The translations under genes and the position numbers were made by a program. A stretch of DNA of 64,000 bases from Eledone cirrhosa (lineage: Eukaryota): assembly GCA_964016885.1 (NCBI GenBank), contig OZ024746.1, forward strand, positions 9,424,001 through 9,488,000, in the 5' to 3' direction. Within the stretch, counting starts at the first letter, position 1. The number at the start of each line of letters is the position of its first letter. The notes below the pieces were generated by a model. It made no database searches and was not told the origin of the DNA. It saw only the letters and a list, made by a program, of their open reading frames with translations. Positions 27,025 to 41,364 of the stretch are shown here, piece after piece.

Positions 27025-27137
27025 TCAAAGTAGCAGATTCACAAATAAATAAACACTCATGTTTGCATAATTTCATACAGCGATTAAAAAAATGTTACAG
27101 GCATTTATCAAAATGTTGCATCATTCATTCATGAACG

Positions 27138-27210
<73 letters not shown>

Positions 27211-27521
27211 AAAAAGAAGAGAGGCATCTGGTATACATCTTCAGTTTAATACATCATCCTGTTATACGCATTTCAAAGACATCATAGTCGTTGTGTACCA
27301 ATTATATACGGCCCCATAGCGGAGCCTATCCTGATTCGATTAACGACAGTCCATCACAAGTTTAACACTCAACCAAGGCTCATGTTCAGCTAACAGGAAG
27401 TGAAGTGTTTTGCTCAAAAACACAACACACCACCTAGTCGCGGAATCCAACCCGAAGATATTAAGATCGCATCTTCAGCACACTAACCAGGAGGTTACAC
27501 GCCTTCACTATATACGTATGC

Positions 27522-27635
<114 letters not shown>

Positions 27636-28149
27636 CTGTGTGTTTGTGTGTGTATAATGTGAGTGTTATTATTGCATGTGATGCTATCCGTTACTTCGTC
27701 AGAAATTGCTGGCTCAGTCCTGACTGAGGGAGAATATTCTCCACGTGATAGATTTCAATTCATTCGACACATGAAGAGAAGACATTGACTGAAACCGAAC
27801 CCCAGGTTAACTTGATCCATCAGCCGAACCAATAGCAGGAATAGCCAATGCTGAAGCACGGACATTTTTGAATAACTCAATATTGTAATCTAGAGGCTTT
27901 ACTGGCCCAGTCAATATATAACACTGACTCCGTATTGAGTTCTTTCGAACGTAAACCCACTTTCAAACGCAGTGTTAGTTTTATATCTGTGCGTGCAGTT
28001 GTGTGCATACACAAATACACACACACACACACACACACGCCTACAAAATACATATACATACACACGCACATACATAAATATATATACATACACACGCACA
28101 AATAAATATATATATATACGCACCGCCCCACCCCACCCCCTCCACCCCC

Positions 28150-28217
<68 letters not shown>

Positions 28218-28441
28218 AGAATCCAGCTAGCGTAATATATTTACCAATACTTCAATCACGTGTTTGCATAATTTCATACAGCAATGAAATTGCTGTGTGC
28301 TTTTATCTGAGAATTCCAGTATACATTCATAATAGATCTTATACATACGTACACATAGAGACACACATATATCTATACGTGTATATATATATAAATATAT
28401 ACTTAGACACATGCACACGCCAACAACACTATTATATATAT

Positions 28442-28486
<45 letters not shown>

Positions 28487-29006
28487 AATATACTAGAATG
28501 TGTGTGAAGACATATATCTACATATATATGTATCCACCCTATATGTATTTTTAAAATATACCAACCATATCATCTGCTTCATATATTATCTTCAATAGCT
28601 GTGTATATTTTCAAATATGTAATATCCATATATAGATGGCGCCTGGCTTAGTGGTTAGCGCTCAGTTCATGAGCGTAAGATCCTGATTTCTTTGCCGGCG
28701 GCGCGTTTTATCCTTAAGCAAGACCCTCTATTTCACATTGATCCTGTCCGCTCAACTGGCAAGAATTAATTGTATAAAAATCCATTGTGTCACACTGAAT
28801 CTATCTGAGAATTATACTAACGTGTTTATGGAATGCTTACTAACTTGAACGTTAATTACTTGAACCGGCTGTTCGGTTGATCAAATCAACTGGAACACCT
28901 TGCCATCGAAACCGTTGCTGATCCAACACGTGTATCCGCGCCCAGACTCATCATATGTATGCTTATATCCACACACACACACACTCACACGCAGATATAT
29001 ATATAT

Positions 29007-29052
<46 letters not shown>

Positions 29053-29241
29053 GAAGGAAATGTGGTAAGGAACCAGATGGACCATAACGCACCAAAGTAC
29101 TCAATACTTAGGGTAGTAGAGTGGGTGATAGGAACGAGTAGGACCCCGATGGCTGAGCACAAGCCGTTTCGACGGCTAATTCTTAAATCCAGAATTAGCC
29201 GTCGAAACGGGTTGAGCTCAGCCGTCGGAGTCCTACTCGTT

Positions 29242-29295
<54 letters not shown>

Positions 29296-29336
29296 CGAAA
29301 CATAAGTCAATTGCATGAACTCATAATCCTTTATTT

Positions 29337-29392
29337 ACTGCTATATATATTTCGATGATAGCCATTGAATGGCTATGACCTCATCAGGCAGT
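29337..29392 (-). ncRNA. Type I hammerhead ribozyme, family F
   Basis: Reverse complement ACTGC-CTGATGA-GGTCATAGCCAT-TCA-ATGGCTATCATC-GAAA-TATATA-TA-GCAGT. Confidence 0.85.
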
Positions 29393-29623
29393 TAGTCAGT
29401 TCTTAGATATGCCAGCTCTGTGTGTATAGTGTTGATGGTATCAGAGCCTTGGGACAATTTTAGCCTTAATGTACATGACTATATATATATATAGTCATGT
29501 ACATTAAGGCTAAAATTTGAGTCATGTTACTCCGGTGTTTCGCCTGTTTATCACAGAGTCATTTTTAGCCTTAATATAAATGAATATAAAACCACTACTT
29601 ATATATATAAATAAACTCGTATC

Positions 29624-29706
29624 AGCGCCTGAAGAAAGGTCGATATTTTGATGCCTCTTGTTTTATGTATGGTGAAGTTCGGGGGCTTGAAACCTTGGGC
29701 AGCGCT
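29624..29706 (+). ncRNA. Hammerhead-like motif (U16.1 position is C)
   Basis: AGCGC-CTGAAGA-AAG...CTT-GAAA-CCTTGGG-CA-GCGCT. Confidence 0.6.
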
Positions 29707-30934
29707 TTTGTTCCATGTATGAACATAAATAAATAATATTATATATATGTGTGTTGTGTGTGTGGATTGGCAGTATCGGTAGAGGTTAACTTTACCTTTC
29801 ATCCTTACGGGGGTCGATAAAATAAAGTACCAGTAATACACTGGAATAATTGTTGGCCTTGTGCCAAAAAGTAGAAAAAATTATAGCAATATGTATGTGT
29901 GTATGTTTCGTAGAGTACTTTACCGTATTTATTCAACTATTATTTATAATCAACTATTATTATAGTTATTTTCATTGTGGCAACTAGATTTTCGAATATA
30001 TCTTTTTCTTAGGATACCCAATATACACCCACCAGTGTAATATAACTGTTTCTAGTATTCAAACGAGATGATCTACATAACTAGAAATTCCAGTGCACCT
30101 AGATAGAAAAGAAACTCTCGTTGCCCGCCGGCGGGAATATGAGTTTAATTGAACTTTAAAGAATAAATTAATTTTAACATTCCGATGACATCTTTATTTA
30201 AATTATTCTAACATTTTCCAGAATAATTATTCCTGTTATCTTAACTTACTAAAAAGAAAAAAATAATAACCAAATTAATGAATTGATAAATTGAAATGTA
30301 AAAACAACGAAACTTCTCCATTTTCAGAGCATGGGTGATTTCTTTCAGCCTCGTCAGTTACATCCTACGGTAAAATCAGTCAAATTCTGTCACCACACGC
30401 TCTCAAATTGTAGCTCAATAATTATGATTAACAACGAATTATTATTACCTCCCTTTACGGACTGAGTTAAAATCCCTCCAAGATTAACTTTGCCTTTCAT
30501 CCTTACAGGGTCGATAAAATAAAGTACCAGTAATGTATTGGGATAATTGCTAGCCTTGTGCCAAAAGTAGAAACAATTATTATATATCACTTAGAATTAA
30601 TCCTATGTATTTTCATATCACAATAGCTAATTACCGTTGAGATAATCGGCTATCGATTAAACGGTTGTGGCCGATAAAGAAAGACCGATTAAACAGCAAT
30701 TGGTAATCAGCCAATTTGCTTATCGGTTCGTCCCTGATATATCCACATACATGTATATATGCATATATAGATATACACACACGACTACATTCTCATTTAC
30801 GTCACTGTAGGTCAACCTGACACAACATAGTATTTCTAGTGTTCACAATTAGTTTTTTTCTGTACATATAGGACGTTTAAGATTATTAAATACCTTGCTT
30901 ATTCAATGAAAATCTATGAACAGTATGCGCAACG

Positions 30935-31033
<99 letters not shown>

Positions 31034-31034
31034 T

Positions 31035-31213
31035 AGGGCGGTGAATTAGGAGTATTGGTAGAGGGTCAGACATGCGTAGTTACGTCCATTTACGATCTGA
31101 GTTCAAATCCCGCCGAGGTTAACTTTGCCTTTCATCCTTACGGGGTCGATAAAATAAAGTACCAGTAATGTACTGGGTAATTGCTGGCCTTGTGCCCAAA
31201 AGTAGAAACAATT
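31035..31213 (+). mobile_element. SINE family 1
   Basis: Match with an internal deletion. Confidence 0.85.
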
Positions 31214-31222
31214 ATATTATAT

Positions 31223-31257
<35 letters not shown>

Positions 31258-31271
31258 GCTTATATGCTTTA

Positions 31272-31310
<39 letters not shown>

Positions 31311-31361
31311 AAAAAATGAAATTTCATTTCTCACTCTTAATACGGCTGATACGTATACATA

Positions 31362-31397
<36 letters not shown>

Positions 31398-31963
31398 TCT
31401 ATTTCTCTATACATAAGTGTGTGTTGTGTATATATACATATATAAGGCACATACATATACATACAAACTAGAGATTCTTATTTTTTTTACGCCACATAGT
31501 TATTGTGTTTTATAAGTGTAAAACGCTGTTTGTACATATCTGATGTGAGTGGTTTGTTTTGATTTATTTGTTAAGTGTGTAGCTCTATAACATTACAATT
31601 CATTGACTGCTATAACCAATAGCTACAAGTACAAATATTTACCTTAGACAATGACTGTATATATATTTTTTTTTGTGTTGGCGGAGGAGGGACAACATTC
31701 ACGTACTTTACTGTTGATGTTAAGCTTGTAGTTCTATCTGATGGGGCTTAAAGGAAGCATTGGCAAGTAGGGAATTCCACTGGAATTTATCTTGCTAGCG
31801 CCTAGAGGTGGTGATGGGAGTAAAGGAAGGTGCAAGTACAGGATAGGGTATTCCTGGTATAGATAAGTTAAGGAGAGGCAGACGGCATTGTTGATATGTA
31901 TATACAGATAGAGAGGGAGGGAGAGAGAGGAGGGAGAGAGAGAGAGGGAAAGAGAGAGATTGA

Positions 31964-32078
<115 letters not shown>

Positions 32079-32351
32079 ATATGGTGATGGTGACATATAC
32101 GATTTGTTTATATATATTATAGGCATACTAGATTCTCGCTATAAATATTTTAAGCTGTGATCATGATCACAGCTACCTCAATAGCAAAGTGAGAAGGTCA
32201 CACACGTGTTTCTGGATTTTTATCCGCCATCGATGACGTTTAATAACTGGATGCTGAGAATACATATAATATAATATATATATATATATATATATATAGT
32301 GAAATAAAATAACAAGGGCGATTGATTACTCTTTCATTACGTTTATTGGTT

Positions 32352-32436
32352 GGTGACGTGCGTTTCGCCACTGATCAGCTCAAGGTTCGATCTATATCGA
32401 TCTGACCCGACTCTGTAATCCGCGGCTCGTCAGACC
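32352..32436 (-). ncRNA. Hammerhead ribozyme, family E
   Basis: Reverse complement GGT-CTGACGA-GCC...GGC-GAAA-CGCACG-TC-ACC. Decayed copy at ~53992-54076 (CCGACGA), half copy at ~38745-38850. Confidence 0.75.
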
Positions 32437-32556
32437 CCTTGTAATGGAGGAACATAATAGTTCCACTGATGATACGCTAGCGTAAACCTCTTCAAATGAA
32501 GTTGATGTTTATTACGGTATGTTGAATATATTTATCTATAAAACTGTTTATATTGT

Positions 32557-32620
32557 ATTTTGTCTGATGAAGGCATAGCATATTGTTAATATGATATCCC
32601 CGAAATATATATAATGAAAT
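32557..32620 (+). ncRNA. Hammerhead ribozyme, family A
   Basis: ATTTTGT-CTGATGA-AGGCATAGCATATTGTTAATATGATATCCCC-GAAA-TATATA-TA-ATGAAAT. Confidence 0.8.
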
Positions 32621-32667
32621 AAATATGGTTTTATAAATATAGTTTTCCATTTATTTAATATTATACA

Positions 32668-32816
<149 letters not shown>

Positions 32817-35302
32817 TTATATTATATATGCGTGTGTGTGTGTGTTGGTTGGTTATTTTAGTCTTACACATTAAATATAATAAGTTTCTTCGTTTATGAG
32901 GTCTAATATGTTCGGAACATGTCTGTTGATTTCCCCAATTCGCTTAAACTCCAGTACCTTTGATTCCAATTTGTATTCTCTACATTGCCGGTAACTTATT
33001 TTACCAATAAGTCCTATTGGAGTAATCTTCCTTGTTTATCGTTTTTAGACTTTAAGTGGTTAGAGAATTGGGCTTGCAATCGAAAGGTTGTGAGTTCAAT
33101 TCTCGGACCGCGTGATGTGTTGTTTCCTTGAGCAAGACACTTTATTTCACGAGATATACCTTGGAGGAGGCCAGCTAAACCTGCAGAGGTGTGAGCTGTC
33201 ACACACACTTTAAGTATTCACAGAGGGAGGGTTTTTGTCTTTTAATTGCTTTGATAATCTCAGCAGATCGAATGTTTTCCACTCACTTTACTATGTGAGA
33301 AGCTGGAATGTAGTTACCAATGATGAGTCAGAAATAAGAAAGAGCGTCTACAAGTTAATGTCTCTTCCTATTATTGTTTACACCCAGGTAAACTTAGTTC
33401 TAGCAAACTTATAAATACAGCCATTTTAAATTGAACCGTTTTTATTCACGTAGGCACGAGTGAAAGATAGAACAAGACAGAACTAGAAAGTCTAGACGAA
33501 ATTCATTGATTTTCTCAAGAGGGAAATATCATTGGACGATTGTGTCAAGAACCAGATATCCGGTGGATTTGGCCATACAACCACTTTACTATTCTTCCAT
33601 ACAGAAGGAATGGTTCCTCTGGTGATTAAATTTGTAGTTGCTCATGATTGTTTCAATCGCTGGTGAAACGATGCTAGTAATGGCGATAACTCAGCCATTA
33701 GCCCGTTTTGAATACTTGCCTTTTTGGAAATGGGACACTCTCTCGCGTGGGTAGATACTTGTGGTATGAAAAGGAGAAAGTTCGTGATCATATCCCATAG
33801 GTTAATAGAAAGACGCCAGGTGTTGTAAGCAGTTTTCTTCACCTCTGCAGCGCAACTGCGTGGGAATATTTTGAGAATTTAAGAGCTGTGTTTGTGCGTG
33901 AAATATATAGCTAGGAAGATGGTATTATTCAAACACTCAGCTGTTACGTTTGAATCAGAAATAATGAACATCTATTTCTAAACGTAGTCAGCATAAAATT
34001 GTCAGAGCTACGATCATGAATTCTGATAGCAATTCTGCAGTATAAAGATATTGGTTGGGTTGATTAAACTGATGATGTGATGGAGGCAGAATGAATGTGT
34101 CGGATGACTAAGCTCTGAGCTTAGAAGTGAGGAAGGTATCAAGAATATTTTGATGAGACAGTGATATGTCACATAAGGATACTAGTAGATGAAGAAGACA
34201 ACTAGTATAGATACAGCTCAGGATATCGTATGATTCATCTGCAGCGTCACTGGGAGGAGAGTGAAAAAGAAGTGGACTGGAGTTCAGTAGAAAGAAGTTA
34301 GATATATATCATTAAAATATGACAACAGAGAAGTAAAGGGAACATAGAAATTAAAACTGAGCCAGATTAACTGAATTTAACTCACAGAAGATCTTTGAGC
34401 TAGATTAACTGACAAAAGCTGTAAGGAGAGTAAAAGCATAGACACCATTTTATAGAAAGAAGTTGGAATATAGAATGGAGCTCAGACAGGGGTTAACTGA
34501 CTCAAAATAGAGGAATAAAAAAACGTAGGTAAAGTGTCTATGTTTGAACATTTTATTCTAAATCAATGAAAAGAAGAATGCAAACAACTGGGTTGAAATG
34601 TATTTCACTCAGCAAATAATGGTATATATGTACAGACCCGTAACTCATAATGGGGTCGTTGAGTGCGTGTCTTGGGCACTTGTTAATACCTTGCGAAGCC
34701 CGTATATTCTCCGGGTCTGAACACAGTCGATATCTTACAGAGAAGGAGAGATAGAGTGATAGAGAAGAAGCGAGAAAGGCATATAGCAGACGAATCAACT
34801 CCATTACACGACTGGTATTCTTTTTATCGACCTCAAAATGATGAAAGGCAAAGTTGACCTTGGCGGATTTTGAACGCAGAGAACCAGAACAAATATCACA
34901 AAGCATTTTATCCAATGTTCCAACGACTCTGTCAATTCGCCACCTTCCTTACCAGATTATAAATGTATTTTTGTATTTATAATGGTTAGTGCACTTATTT
35001 GCATTGCTAAATGTTTAAATGTTAATCTCGAAAAGCTGGGGTTTTGAAAGTGATCAGCTCAGACATACGTTGAAAATACAATCTATAAGATCAGTAAAAA
35101 TATGCAAGACATTTATGTTCAAAATATGACTCTTCACCGTTGTTGTTATCTTAATTCCAGCGAGTAAGATTTGTTTCGATGCTAGAAACCAGCTGCTTCC
35201 TTGTAGGAAGGTTTCAAATAATTAAGAACGAAAGATAACATACGCTTGCGCACTTTGAATACAAACACACACACACATACACACTAAAATACACGTACTA
35301 AA

Positions 35303-35380
<78 letters not shown>

Positions 35381-35679
35381 GTGAGGTTTTTTTTACAAAA
35401 TTAAAAATAACCGAGGTGTCCTACACGAGTGAAAGTATAAAGAAAAAGAGATGAAATCGAAAATGCAACTGGAGTCTTATTTTTTTTTTTAAATATATAT
35501 ATTTATTTGGTTCCTTTACCGGTTTCGCAGTTCTTCTGCTTTTCAAAAGGTGAGTTGAGATGGAGGGTCTGTGGTTTTTCTCTGTTACATGTGTAAAGTT
35601 TGAAAACAATCGGTTGGGTGCTTCTCGAGTTTTAGTGATCGGACAGACAGACAGACAGTCTCCCTTTTTAGATATATAT

Positions 35680-35951
35680 ATATATATAATTATATATTCG
35701 TGTACAGATATTTTGGCATACACAATAACAAAATATAAGCAAAAGTATTTATTTCGCGATAAAGTATTGATTTTCTTCGCACGGAAAAAAAACCCTGGTA
35801 ATCTACAACGAATTTTTTTTCATAAGCACAAAATGTAGACACCATCCCGAGGCCGAGGTATTCCGTACTTCTCTGTACTGTTTCAGAAAGGAGGGATAAA
35901 CATGCCAATCTATGTTTAGAATCCCGAGCCACGCTGGGCCATTCTGCTAGT
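35680..35951 (+). mobile_element. Non-autonomous Helitron-like element
   Basis: 3' hairpin CCCGAGCCACGCTGGG followed by CTAG-T. Shorter relative at 51915-52076. A Helitron-like 5' end with (CTGT)n lies on the minus strand at ~35580-35680. Confidence 0.6.
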
Positions 35952-38544
35952 CTCTAGTCTATACTATATCACGCTAGGGGCTATAAATGTAAAGTGATTC
36001 ATCTGATCAATAGTCTCATTCCTTTTCGTGAATGCTCCTTAGATGCCTTTATACTTAAAGTTGGTGCTGAGAAGAAAAGAAGCGTTAGAAGCAAACGCTG
36101 AACCAGTTGAGAACAAATAAATTTCATAAAAGCAGCATTACTCTCTGTAATATCGTACAATATGTCTTCAGAATCGACCTCATCAGTTGCTTCTAATTAG
36201 CCGCCAGTTTAGTAATGTAGACAGGAAATGATCCATCACCGTTCAACTGCCAAATCGCACGTACATTCAGATTTCAGAAGAACAGCGACTCTTGGTGCAA
36301 TATAACCAGGCTGTAGTATACTTGATAGTATAGGTAGTACCAGGCTTAAAACTGCATTAAACTGGATATCGTTGTTATAAGCAAAAATATAGAGAAATAT
36401 TTTTTACCGGGAATCAAACTACGCAACTCTTCTTGAAGGAGTAAAGATACCAACAATGACACTACGAGAACATTGTATTAAGTTTAGATGAAAGGCTTCT
36501 TGTTTCGTCTAGAAATGGAAATATTAATCTTCATTGACGAAATACTTTCAGAACTGTAGGTGTAGTCGTATCGTTCATAACAAAGTAAATTAGCAATACA
36601 AAGAATTTATTTGATGTGCATAAGAAAGGATTCTTTCTCAAGTACAAAGCTGATTTTGCAAAGGTGAGAGTAATGAAGCCGATCACCTCAATAACTATAT
36701 ATGATTACAATGAACGTAAAATATCCTATTCCATTCTTCGCATACCACCACCATCACTAATGTCAACACTCTCACCATGTCCATAATAAACATTTCTTAA
36801 TTAGAAATGATGCCCTAGAGTTCATAAATGGGTGGTAATATAGTAAATTGAAACATCCATACCTAATCTAACTGAGTTACTGAAATAATTGAAGTGGTTC
36901 GAATTGAGAATTAAAAAAGAAGAAAACTCGCAGATTCAATTCAACGCGAACTTACTACTGAACTGTAGAATATAAAGTTAGATTGCTGGCGAGTGCAATC
37001 AATTTACTTGCGTTGGAAGCAGAGTAAATCCCAGAATGCAACGGGCAATAGAGAAACTACAGAAGAATTTATTTCCATACAATGGCGTATCTAAGTTAGA
37101 TTAGCTTGATTGTGAACTATTCCATATCAGCAGGAAGACCAGAATTTATACCTACAACACAAAACGTTACTCTTAACTGACAAAACACTCTTTAATTCTA
37201 CAACGTTGCCGCTCCGCTCACTCCAACGTACTCAATATCTTACTGGTACACTACATTTGTTTTTTAACCTTAAGTCAGCTCTAATCGGACAAACCTATTA
37301 TTAAAAACACTCTGTTCGTGACATTGGCATGGAGAGCTTACTCGAGCTTCCGGGTAATATACTTACAAATATTACAATATCAACTATCACAAAATTCACT
37401 GAAATCTGAAGTTGTTATCATTGACATTTATATTAGCCAACATATATATATATACCTCTTATTGTGTATTGTTGTTATAATTTGGTGGGGATTTAGTAAC
37501 GAGTAAATACCATCACTGATACTAAATATCAGGCTGGTTCTAAATACCTTGGCGAGCACCAAATGCCATTATTGGCACTAACTTTCATGCCTGCTACTAA
37601 TCGGTATTGGTCTGTCAACGTCTTATCCTGTTCTTTTTTAGTTTTTTATACACAGTTTATCAAGAACTATTTTATCCAATATGTCAACTCTTTATTTTTA
37701 AAGACGGTATAGTGTGATTTAATTGTGATTTAGTTGCTAATAGTAGCAGATTGAGGAACCAAGCAGTATTTAGAACGTCAGTTAAAATGCTTTGTAGTAT
37801 TCGTTCTGGATATCTGAGTTCAAATCCCGCTGAGGTCAACTTTGTGTTTCATCCATTCGAGGTCAATAAAAAAGTACCAGTCTAGTACTAGGGCTGATTC
37901 TTCCTCTATAATTCTTTTCATTTCCTCCATCTCACTTTCTATCCTTCTCTTGAAGACATTTGCTGCGTTAAAATCTGGAGAGGGTTGGGCTCCGCCAAGT
38001 TTAAATTGCCCAAGAAACGCTGCATGCCACTACGGCACCCCAACTACTCCATGATGTGTTACGGGACTCACTGTCTCATTAATTAAATTAGATTCTATGA
38101 ACCTCACCACAATCAAACCTACTGAACTCTTCTATTCACCAAAGGAATCATTTTGTCTATGCAAACCATCACCAGTTTCCTCGGGTTCCTATGTACTTTA
38201 CTGCACTGGAAATGGTTAGATAACGCAAATTGAATTGTATTAGGAATTTCCGCCTTAATCAAATGAAGTCCAGTAGCTATGAACTGTGTGTGTTAGAAAC
38301 ACGAAACCAGCAAAACAATTCACAGTCCAAGGTATGACATCTGCCAAAGATTAGGCAGACCAGAAAATGCGACTAAAATGTGAAAACTGCAGAAGGCAAC
38401 TATATAGGTAAAATTAGTCCACTATCCCCCATAAACAAACTATCCTTCTTCATCTGTCTTGTATGTGTATGCACGCAAGTAAATACATACACACACACAG
38501 ATACCCACACGTGTATATATATATATATAAAAATAACAGATTAA

Positions 38545-38595
38545 AGTTTAAGCAAGGAATCGCTGCTTTCACCCTTAACGGGATCTTCTGAAACT
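38545..38595 (-). ncRNA. Family J hammerhead-like motif with CAGAAGA core
   Basis: Near-identical reverse complement of 41314-41364. Confidence 0.6.
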
Positions 38596-38708
38596 ATTAT
38601 TATTATTATTATTATTATTACTATATATATATGCGTGTGTGTGTATATACGAATAAAACTGTTCTAGTTCTATAGAAGCCATTTCTATATTAAATGTTCG
38701 CTATGTAT

Positions 38709-38743
<35 letters not shown>

Positions 38744-39003
38744 CACTGATCAGCTCAATGTTCGATCTGTATTGATCTAGCCCGGGGTTTTGATTCCAGA
38801 GTCGAGCTAGATCGATACAGAGCTGATCAGTAGCGAAACATGTGTCACCAACCAATAAACGTAATGAAGGAGTAACCATCCGTCCTTGTATTATTATATA
38901 TATATATATATGATATATATGAATTAGCATATATATGAATTAGCGCAGTCGTACTTCAAAACCTTAACCAAATTTATTATTGTGCTCGTATAGATCACCT
39001 AAA

Positions 39004-39182
39004 GGGCGGTGGATTGGCAGTATCGGTAGAGGGTCGGACGCCATGCTTTCCTGCATAGTTACGTCCCTTTACGATCTGAGTTCAAATCCCGCCGAGAATG
39101 ACTTTGCCTTTCATCCTTACGGGGTCGATAAAATAGAGTACCAGTAATGCTGGCCTTGTGCCAAAAGTGGAAACAATTATTA
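39004..39182 (+). mobile_element. SINE family 1
   Basis: Near full-length match. Further fragments at 3560-3700, 4115-4210, 10550-10790, 21760-21980, 23680-23840, 29762-29880, 30450-30580, 34790-34945, 37770-37890 and 45090-45298. Confidence 0.9.
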
Positions 39183-39990
39183 TATATATATATATATATA
39201 TATGTGTGAGAGTGAGAGCTGGGGGGTGTACTCAATACAAATAGTTCATAAAAAATATTACTAGAGACTCCATCGTTTGCTTGTCGGTATATTAATTGAT
39301 AAGATATATGTAAGCCACTAGAAATTCAGATAAATTAAAATAGTCAAAGCGTCAAAAGGAGACCCATACGTCTTGGTTATAAGCATGTGCAAGAGTTTAA
39401 TGCCATATCTTGATTTCTTATTTATAACCATACTTTCTTGAAAGAGCGTCAGGAAATTTTCCTACCATGTTTTATACAACTTTATTAATTTGAAGCTTTA
39501 CCAGGAGATAGTAATATATTCGACAATTCACCATCATCACTAGAGATGCTGGAAATTTAATTACATCTTCCTTGGGGGATTCAGAGGGCATAAACGAATT
39601 TATTGTGGGAATTAAGCGCAGTCGTACTTCAAAACCTTAACCAAATTTATTATTGTGCTCGTATAGATCACCTAAACTTCCATTTGTCAGAGAGAAAGAT
39701 TTTAGTCTTCATTTTCCGTGTGAGACATAAGCTACTGGGGGAAGTTATCGATCGCATGTGTTGACTTAAATATTCAAATGGCTTAATTATCCTGGATATA
39801 TTATTGAAAATTACAACCAATGAAGGAATGTATAGAACGTATACATATTTGTATTAAACATAAAATAAATTTAATTTTCGAAAATATTACATTCTACGTC
39901 TTACATGGTAATTAGATAACTTTACGAAATAACAAAAAGACAACATAAACGCACACAACACAATACAACACACACACATACATACATACA

Positions 39991-40021
<31 letters not shown>

Positions 40022-40400
40022 GCATCTATATAGATACGTATATGAATATACATACACACATATATATATTAGTAGTTGTGTGTCATGAATAAATCCTAGG
40101 GTAAACAAATGGAATCCATTGTGGATTTGAAAGACAACCTCGCAGAAGGCCTACCATCTCTTTCAAAGTAAACTCTAGTAGAATCGAAAAAAAAGATGAT
40201 CGTACATTGCAGGTTTATAGCATTATGAATGTATTTTATTATTCGAAAATGTTAATGTCATTATTCAAGTACTATAATAAGGAGTCTAACAGTCTACGAA
40301 ACCAGAATACAAGACAAAAAGGTTAGATAATCAAATAAATATTATTTATGTGGTAAACAATGCTTGCTTCTTAGGAATACAGGCCACTCACACACACACA

Positions 40401-40457
<57 letters not shown>

Positions 40458-40864
40458 GTCTATTTATAGTGAGGTCAATCTCTTTTTCTGGCCACTGAAA
40501 GAAAAACATTGTCTAACCACTGCGTCTCACTTCGCAGCAAATCTAAGAATGTGAGGTTACTGAAAACACATGCTCCTTAGTATATGTTACATCTTTCTCT
40601 CTCTCTCTCTCTCTCTCTCTCAACACACACACACACAAAACAAAAAGTGCATGTAAAACTGTGATGATATGGATTCCTTAAGAATCAAAAGACTATTAAT
40701 TTTCAAACTATATATATATATATATATATGCAGAGGTTACATTTAATTTGTTGGGATTTAACAAGCTTAAAATTTTTTATAACTGATATAAAGCACTCAA
40801 CCGATTAGTGGAGTAAATACACAATATATTAATAAATGGAAACTATATTTATAAAACCATATTT

Positions 40865-40928
40865 ATTTTATTATACATATTTCAAGGACGACCAAGGTAA
40901 ATTATGGTGCGCTTTCATCAGATAAAAT
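40865..40928 (-). ncRNA. Hammerhead ribozyme, family A (divergent subfamily)
   Basis: Reverse complement ATTTTAT-CTGATGA-AAGCGCACCA..TGGTCGTCCTT-GAAA-TATGTA-TA-ATAAAAT, with a perfect 7-bp helix I. Its partner at 41048-41111 (+) has a mutated core, CTCATGA. Confidence 0.75.
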
Positions 40929-41150
40929 ACAGATTTGTTTTATAAATAAATATTGACAATAAAGACAACCTCAACGGTTGAAATTTCAACCGTTGAGGTT
41001 GTCTTTATTTCGGGGTATGTCAATATTTAATTATAAAACAAATCTGTATTTTATCTCATGAAAGCACACCATAATTTACCTTAGTCGCCCTTGAAATATA
41101 TATAATAAAATAAATATGGTTTTATAAATATAGTTTCCATTTATTAATAT

Positions 41151-41213
<63 letters not shown>

Positions 41214-41313
41214 ATAATAATAAATTTGAAGACTAAAATCCCGTTAATTTGTCTTCCTCCGGTTGCAACGTTTTTTGAAATATCCAGTTCTGCGTTTACA
41301 GATTGACTTTGTT

Positions 41314-41364
41314 AGTTTCAGAAGATCCCGTTAAGGGTGAAAGCAGCGATTCTTTGCTTAAACT
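41314..41364 (+). ncRNA. Family J hammerhead-like motif with CAGAAGA core
   Basis: AGTTT-CAGAAGA-TCCCGTTAAGGGT-GAAA-GCA..TGC-TT-AAACT. Confidence 0.6.
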
